Shown here piece after piece: positions 59,459 to 64,000 of a DNA stretch of 64,000 nucleotides. The notes beneath the pieces are model-generated. The model searched no databases and was not told where the DNA came from. It saw only the letters and a program-made list of their open reading frames with translations. Made by a program: the position numbers and the translations under genes. Source of the stretch: Tubiluchus corallicola. Its lineage: Eukaryota; Animalia; Priapulida. The stretch lies in contig JAQGDQ010000785.1 in NCBI GenBank assembly GCA_030141605.1, positions 1 to 64,000 of the forward strand, written 5' to 3'. How positions within the stretch are numbered: the stretch's first letter is position 1; each line of letters opens with the position of its first letter.

Positions 59459-62400
59459 TAAGATTCAAGGCTACAGCTCGGACGACGGAACCATTTGCGG
59501 CGATCTATACATCAAACGAAAAGTGTCGATCTAGTGTCTGGAAGGAACGGGGACGAAAACCTCCAAAAATGGCCATTTTTCGGCCGTTTTTTTGCAAAAC
59601 TTATACGTCTGACATCTCAAGAACGGGAATGGGCCAAGGCGGCCATGGATAGATAGCCCGTTCAGCGGTGGGTGTAGTAGGCATATTTAGAATTTGCGAG
59701 ACGGCCACGGCGTCCCATAACGGGCGTTTTCCCGGACCCAACTCGCGAATTTTTCGAAATTTTGATCAAACAGCCTGCAGAAAAAACGTTCTAGCGACGC
59801 CTGGTGGGACTCTCGGAAGGAGATACACGGCTCTTTAGAAAGAGGAAGAACAGGGCTACACGATGATGTGGGCTATATGTTAGGACAGGTCCATTATTAT
59901 TATTTTGTTATTTCCTATGTACAAGATATTGAGCAATTCGCTTAAAAAATAACATCACTCCACAATAGTGCGATATGTGATCAGCTGATAAAGAAGACCA
60001 GCTCATAGTGCAATGTGTACTGCTATAATTTTACTGCTACAGAAGTACCAAAAGAGGATACATAAGCAAAAACTGAAGAGATACCTGGCAACAAAGTAAG
60101 CGGGTAGAGCAAAGAAAGCAAGAACTATTTAATTGAGAAAAACAGTCAAGCAAGCTAGAGTAGATTAGATTAGATTAGATTTATTGACTAACAATTACAA
60201 ATACACAGAGAAAGAACTTAACAAGGAGAAAATTAGTCCAGCAAGAACAATAGTCAAATTGATCATGTAACAATTAAAATAACTTCAAACAATCAGATAC
60301 AAAACTAATGACTAGCTTAGTATCCTGGTGAGTGAAAATATTTAGTAGAGATGTTAATATCGTTAAAAACAGTCTTGTTTCTGGCATATGCAGTTTTTTC
60401 AATAGCACGTGCTCTTCATCTTGAACTGCACCGTTAGCACAGAGTGCACAGTCACATACGAGCGTATGTCTCGGCCTATGCCTCCATCTTCCAGTTTCTA
60501 TGAGTCTATGAGCGGATAACGTGCAATGAGTCCATCAAATTCTATCCTCTTCTGACAAACCCAGAGTAGACTTTGAATACAATGGAAGAGACTTAAGTGA
60601 AGGATTCGTTGTTCTATAAGTTACCAAGCGGCTTCTTTCAGATATGCGAACACGCTCTGAACGGTTCACCTTGTCTGGATGCTGTGGATGAAAACTTCTA
60701 ACTACACTCCATTGTCACACAAGCAAGAACACGTTATATTTACATGATTGTCAGAATGGAAGATTTAAAGTGACTGCGTCATCAATCAATCGGGTGGAAT
60801 GATTCAGTTTCAAAAATAAGTTCAACAATATGGACATTTTTACACAGCAGACATATTTTTACTCTTCTTGTTATTCCCACCATCCATCTCAACATCCTCA
60901 TCTCCACCACACCCATTTTCTTCTCTTCGGTCTTCTTTAGAGAAGCTGCTTCCAGCCCATAGATTAGAGCGGGTCTGACTACTTCTCACCGACTCATTCA
61001 TAGCAGGTTTTGGCGCAGTTTTACAGGCGAATGCCCTTCCTGACCCTAACCCTCCCTATTTATCCGGGCTTGGGACCGGTATTAAGTTAGGCTGGCTTCC
61101 GCCCCCCCCCCCCAGTGGCTAGGTTTAACAAGAAGCGATAAAATTAGAAATAATAATATCAGAGGAACAGTAAAAGTAGTGGAAGCCTCGCAAGATTGCG
61201 ATGGTATGGACACCTGAAAAGAAGAGTCGGTGAAGATCATGTGGAAAGGGAAGACATAAATGAAGAGAAGGTAAACAAGAGGAAGGCGTGGAGAAGACTC
61301 ATTCACAACGGCGACCCCACGTAGGGAAAAGCTGGGAAGAAGAAGAAGAAGAAGACATATTTTTACTCTGTCATTTAAGTGAGTCAAAAAATCATCTGAA
61401 ATTTAAAATAAACTGATAATTTTTCTTCCGTAATTAGCTCGTGATCTCCGCATGACTATTATAAAGTGATTAGTTTACATACCTTCTTGTTTAAGACACG
61501 AAATCAAATCACCAACAATCCAGTTGCTGTCAAAGTTTGGAGCGTGAACAAGAGTTCCTATTAGAGAGACAACTTGCACACGAACATGTGATTCTTTCTC
61601 CTTGTAGAAATGGTCTAACAGCTGCCTAAATTAAGAAAACAATTCAGGTCATTTTGAAGCACAAGAAGACACTCTTAATAAACAAACCTTAAAAAATTTG
61701 TCGTGAAATTTTATATCACTACATGCTGTGCTATTGCATATCAGGGCTGTGGATTCCTAGAGTCGGAGTCGGCAGTGAATCTACTGCTAAAGGAGTCGGA
61801 TTTGTTAAAACTTAGAGTTTTGAAGTTGGAGTCAGGACTCGGAAGTACACTTTTTGTTAGAGGATTCGGTGTTAGAGTCGGTAAAAACAGACAAAACCTC
61901 AAAATCCAGTTACTTTTAACTTTTAACACATAATGTCCCTTTAGGAATGCTTTCATATTGGTTTTGTATGCAGGGAGACTGTTTTTCGAACATAAGAAGT
62001 AACTATGAAATGCTACTGTAGCTAAATATTAGGAGTAACATAAACTATTACTTAAAGGCAGGAGTCGGAATTGGAGTCAGGAGTTAGTGCTTCTAAGATT
62101 TTAGAAGTCGGAGTTGGATTTAAAATTTCATGAGCCGGCGGAGTCAGTTGGAGCCAGCGTTAGGAGTTTAATGTACTGACTCCACAACCCTGCTGCATAC
62201 AGGGCTTGCATAAGCAGTAACGCTGTATAAAACTTGTAAATTTAAACTCCCACGATCATTGCTGGGCGCACCCATTTTGACGGCAGGTCATGGGAAACAA
62301 GTTTAGATAACATTACATAAAGTGCGAAAAAATAATCAAAGCATTCGCAACATTTTTACTTCAACTAAACATAACTTTAAATTACTTTATATTATCAGTA

Positions 62401-63004
62401 ATATCAAGAAAGAGGTTTTTGTTTTGGTGAATCTTTGGTACTCAGATGACAAAATTATTTTCAATTATTAAAATTTAATTACATAAATCTTTCAAATACT
62501 TAACCGCAAGTTAAGTAACATAACTGCTAAGTAACGTAACTTTGTGTAGAAAGTTTTTTTTGTGATGTACTCTAATATTCCCTTTTCTTCCCCATAAATC
62601 TGCAGGAAAAACATTTAATTCTGATCTACTTTGCATTTATTATAAAAAAACTTTTTCCAAGCTTATACGCATGCTATGTGTACTCTGCCAATGCACAGAT
62701 GTCTCAAATTCTTGTATCTAACTGTTAATTTCTAACAGAATGAGCTGAATACAAGCACGATCAGGTTTACTTATGCACTAAAAGACTACCCAACGTTCGC
62801 TTACCTTAATAACGTTTCTGGATCAGTTATTTCACTGAATGTCTGATTACGTCGAAAGCGCATCAGTTGCTCCATAGCCTGCTGGGAGTTGGCGACACTT
62901 TGCAAATCAAGACCGGCTGGCAGTGGTAAAGCCTTCTTCCGAAGTCGCAGTTTTTTGAGCGGGGGTTGTGCAGCATCAGCAGCAGAGCTCGTGGTAGGTT
63001 CCTC
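38364..63004 (-). CDS. INTS4: Integrator complex subunit 4; multi-exon, first exon beyond the right edge
   Basis: Spliced translation contains INTS4 hallmarks: [104 protein letters not shown]. Stop TAG at 38364-38366; all 17 exon phases join. Confidence 0.97.
39887..40007 (-). CDS. INTS4: INTS4 exon (VVYPDQ...LSHGVWT)
   Basis: tag/gtaaa, 121 nt. Confidence 0.93.
40124..40350. repeat. (GA)n microsatellite / purine tract
   Basis: Seen directly. Confidence 0.97.
40418..40715 (-). CDS. INTS4: INTS4 exon (...[12 protein letters not shown]...CVRIK), GC donor
   Basis: cag acceptor; donor AAG/GCAAGT, 298 nt. Confidence 0.9.
41198..41862. repeat. 34-bp minisatellite, about 19 copies, with the 12-bp palindrome ACGGTTAACCGT
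   Basis: AAACGGTTAACCGTCTCAGCCTTAGCGTTGGCAT. Confidence 0.96.
42232..42468 (+). mobile_element. tRNA-derived SINE (Meta-core-like)
   Basis: A box GCAGCTCAATGG, B box GGTTCAACTCC, then GTCATACCAAATACTTGAAAAAATAGTAC resembling the recalled MetaSINE core; (TTA)n tail. Confidence 0.65.
42524..42714 (-). CDS. INTS4: INTS4 exon ([12 protein letters not shown]...KSLQR)
   Basis: tag/gtaat, 191 nt. Confidence 0.9.
43692..43730 (-). ncRNA. Penelope-type minimal hammerhead ribozyme motif, probably degenerate
   Basis: CCA-CTGATGA-T-GACAGC-AGCAG-GCAGTC-GAAA-CATT-TGG. Confidence 0.5.
44024..44198 (-). CDS. INTS4: INTS4 exon ([13 protein letters not shown]...LAEK)
   Basis: cag/gtaaa, 175 nt. Confidence 0.9.
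44227..45028. mobile_element. Tigger/pogo-type MITE carrying an internal 25-bp array
   Basis: TA-CAGTGGAACCTCG left end; degenerate right end CAAGGTATCACAG; TACGAAAA subterminal motifs. Confidence 0.65.
44389..44751. repeat. 25-bp minisatellite, about 14 copies
   Basis: CACGCGAACGCTTTGTTGTGCGCAA. Confidence 0.97.
45062..45438. mobile_element. PIF/Harbinger (Tourist)-like MITE
   Basis: TAA|GCCTTTTCA...TGAAAGGC|TTA; internal inverted AGGTCAAAGGTTAAGT/ACTTAACCTTTGACCT. Confidence 0.6.
46150..46346. repeat. Interspersed repeat, also at about 56248-56470
   Basis: Shared blocks CCTAAYTGTCT...AAAAATGTCTAA and AAAGTGAYGGCCTGSCAACTAGCG. Confidence 0.7.
46528..46679 (-). CDS. INTS4: INTS4 exon (QLSQHR...LLRLSLR)
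   Basis: cag/gtgaa, 152 nt; phase fits. Confidence 0.85.
47199..47877. mobile_element. Non-autonomous DNA transposon with TTAA TSD (Kolobok-like AG...CT termini)
   Basis: TTAA|AGGACAAGAAAA...TTTTCTTGTGCT|TTAA; relatives at 14.5-15.1, 27.2-27.8 and 61.65-62.45 kb. Confidence 0.7.
47934..48067 (-). CDS. INTS4: INTS4 exon ([12 protein letters not shown]...HYSYLRDS)
   Basis: tag/gtaag, 134 nt. Confidence 0.95.
48068..49663 (-). other. U12-type (minor spliceosome) GT-AG intron in INTS4
   Basis: 5' end GTATCCTTAT; branch-like TTTTCGTTTAC about 11 nt before the AG; no long pyrimidine tract. Confidence 0.85.
49664..49779 (-). CDS. INTS4: INTS4 exon (...[15 protein letters not shown]), U12-type donor
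   Basis: tag/GTATCCTT, 116 nt. Confidence 0.95.
49984..50208. repeat. 30-bp tandem repeat, about 7 copies
   Basis: TTATTGAGTTACTCTGATTTAAATTTAATT. Confidence 0.95.
50647..50789 (-). CDS. INTS4: INTS4 exon ([14 protein letters not shown]...YPQDRISVW)
   Basis: tag/gtatg, 143 nt. Confidence 0.95.
52167..52345. repeat. Nested 31-bp/149-bp duplication of an INTS4 exon end and its donor
   Basis: Extra copies of GTGTTGCAG/GTTTGTAG at 52328, 52210 and 52179. Confidence 0.92.
52361..52566 (-). CDS. INTS4: INTS4 exon (...[13 protein letters not shown]...VLAVLQ)
   Basis: tag/gtttg, 206 nt. Confidence 0.95.
53323..53497 (-). CDS. INTS4: INTS4 exon (...[15 protein letters not shown])
   Basis: tag/gtagt, 175 nt. 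Confidence 0.95.
53595..54033. repeat. 64-bp tandem repeat, about 7 copies
   Basis: Period 53595, 53659 ...; internal ATTGTCA/TGACAAT inverted pair. Confidence 0.95.
54518..54707 (-). CDS. INTS4: INTS4 exon (IRLVDDGF...[10 protein letters not shown])
   Basis: cag/gtaag, 190 nt. Confidence 0.95.
54699..55073. repeat. 34-bp tandem repeat, 11 copies, each holding an INTS4 splice acceptor
   Basis: TCAACCATCCTGCAAACACGACTTAAGCATAATG. Confidence 0.96.
55720..55859 (-). CDS. INTS4: INTS4 exon (LNLHDRG...LSDSYEGVR...YPE)
   Basis: tag/gtgtt, 140 nt. Confidence 0.92.
56700..56867 (-). CDS. INTS4: INTS4 exon (...[14 protein letters not shown])
   Basis: tag/gtatg, 168 nt. Confidence 0.93.
57397..58640. 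mobile_element. Possible CACTA/EnSpm-like element with degraded retroelement-like cargo
   Basis: Imperfect TIR CGCTAGTGAAACA/TGTTTCACCAGTG; 3-bp ACA flanks on both sides. Confidence 0.35.
59229..59335 (-). CDS. INTS4: INTS4 exon ([16 protein letters not shown]...)
   Basis: tag/gtggg, 107 nt. Confidence 0.92.
59396..59460. repeat. (TA)n microsatellite
   Basis: Seen directly. Confidence 0.95.
60866..61352 (+). mobile_element. Internally deleted RTE-clade non-LTR element with 5' inversion
   Basis: 17-bp TSD AGACATATTTTTACTCT and a (GAA)n tail. The minus part encodes [39 protein letters not shown]; the plus part continues [17 protein letters not shown]...[11 protein letters not shown]. Confidence 0.85.
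61483..61625 (-). CDS. INTS4: INTS4 exon ([15 protein letters not shown]...)
   Basis: tag/gtatg, 143 nt. Confidence 0.92.
61742..62192. mobile_element. hAT-type MITE with GGAGTC repeats, nested in a TTAA-family element
   Basis: TIR CAGGGCTGTGGA/TCCACAACCCTG; 6/8 TSD TTGCATAT/CTGCATAC. Confidence 0.75.
62805..63004 (-). CDS. INTS4: INTS4 exon (EEPTTSS...KKLRL...)
   Basis: cag/gtaag, 200 nt. Confidence 0.88.
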
Positions 63005-63634
63005 CTGATTAAATGAGGCATAAAAATGAAAGTACAGGCTTCCTACTGATTTTTTTAAAAACTTAAATCTTTTTAAAGGTGAAATGTTTCAATGACAGCT
63101 ATATAATAGTCTATTAATCAACTTTGCTGCACTTTTCTATATACTCTGTCGCAATGCAGACTGGAATGCACTCAAGACTGGACCTACTCAGTGTGTTTGC
63201 GGCAGCAGGGCCGGTTTTAAGCCAATGTGACAGATTCGTTCAAATTAAGCCCTGCGCCAAGAAGGGCCGGCAAACATGCTCGAGCTGAAGACTCTATGAT
63301 GAATTAATCAGTGTTCAGTGTGCACGAAGTTTCTTAGTTCTCCTCGTGTATCTATATTTCAATTTTTTGCTGATCATTAGTTTATTGTTTTGTAATTTTA
63401 ATTTATCTTCTGCATTTAGAATGTACATGAAGAAACAATATGTATCTTGACATGTAACGCAACATTAAATATTTCATAAAGGTTTTCAATTTCTAGTATG
63501 TATCACTGTCACTAATGGTAGAACCTCAAGCCTTCAGCACTTTTTGGCTGGGATTAGCGTACTACAGAAAGCAAGTGGCGGCTCACAGGTAAAATCAGTA
63601 GGGGTGCTGCTTCAGAGAATTACATTTAGAAACG

Positions 63635-64000
63635 TTGTTGGCATCCAGTCTTGGAAGACAATGGAGAGAGTCAGTTATTGATCACATTGAAGGAGCTACA
63701 GCGCCGACTGTGGCTGAGCAGTGTTTCCAGGGCGCACGCCTGGGCAAGGTGTATGGAGATCCTGAGTTGCCCAGACAACAGGAGCCCCCTCTCTTCCTCC
63801 CTGGTGTAGTCCGGAGCGATACGTTTGGCACCAGGTTGGCTGCAGAAGCTGCCGGAGTCAGTGAGCATGCTGTACTGGTCCGCCTTCGGGGCTCCACTCC
63901 TGATTTGGAAGGTTTATTCCTCTACACATGGCTGTTGGGTCACTTGACCTCCTCCACCCTCTAACCGTTGGCTGCATGTGCAGCTCCTCCGCCTAGTGTC
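63635..64000 (-). mobile_element. Degenerate non-LTR retrotransposon 3' end (CRE-like)
   Basis: GC-rich. Frame-broken peptides GGAAHAA..EEVK, FCSQPGAKRIA.DYTREEE and SATVG resemble the C-terminus of restriction-like-endonuclease elements. Confidence 0.35.

Overview
This is AT-rich animal (invertebrate-like) genomic DNA. It carries two intron-rich genes in tandem on the minus strand, and I read their exons by hand from GT/GC-AG boundaries and reading-phase continuity. The first is INTS4 (Integrator subunit 4): 17 coding exons from 63004 down to the stop at 38364, with its first exon beyond the window. The second is a Misshapen/MAP4K4/MINK/TNIK (GCK-IV) kinase: ATG at 35709, running off the left edge before the CNH domain. 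Most ORFs in the supplied track are repeat artefacts or exon fragments. The most notable structure concerns splicing. The kinase gene has two candidate mutually exclusive exon pairs, one inside the kinase subdomain VIII region, plus 21-nt and 24-nt microexons. There are two GC-AG introns and one U12-type intron. Three independent tandem amplifications copy real splice sites (17 acceptors, 11 acceptors, 4 donors). The introns also hold many MITEs and minisatellites, a 5'-inverted (twin-primed) RTE-derived insertion with a 17-bp TSD, and a Penelope-type minimal hammerhead motif. No searches or folding computations were run; family assignments rest on recalled motifs.
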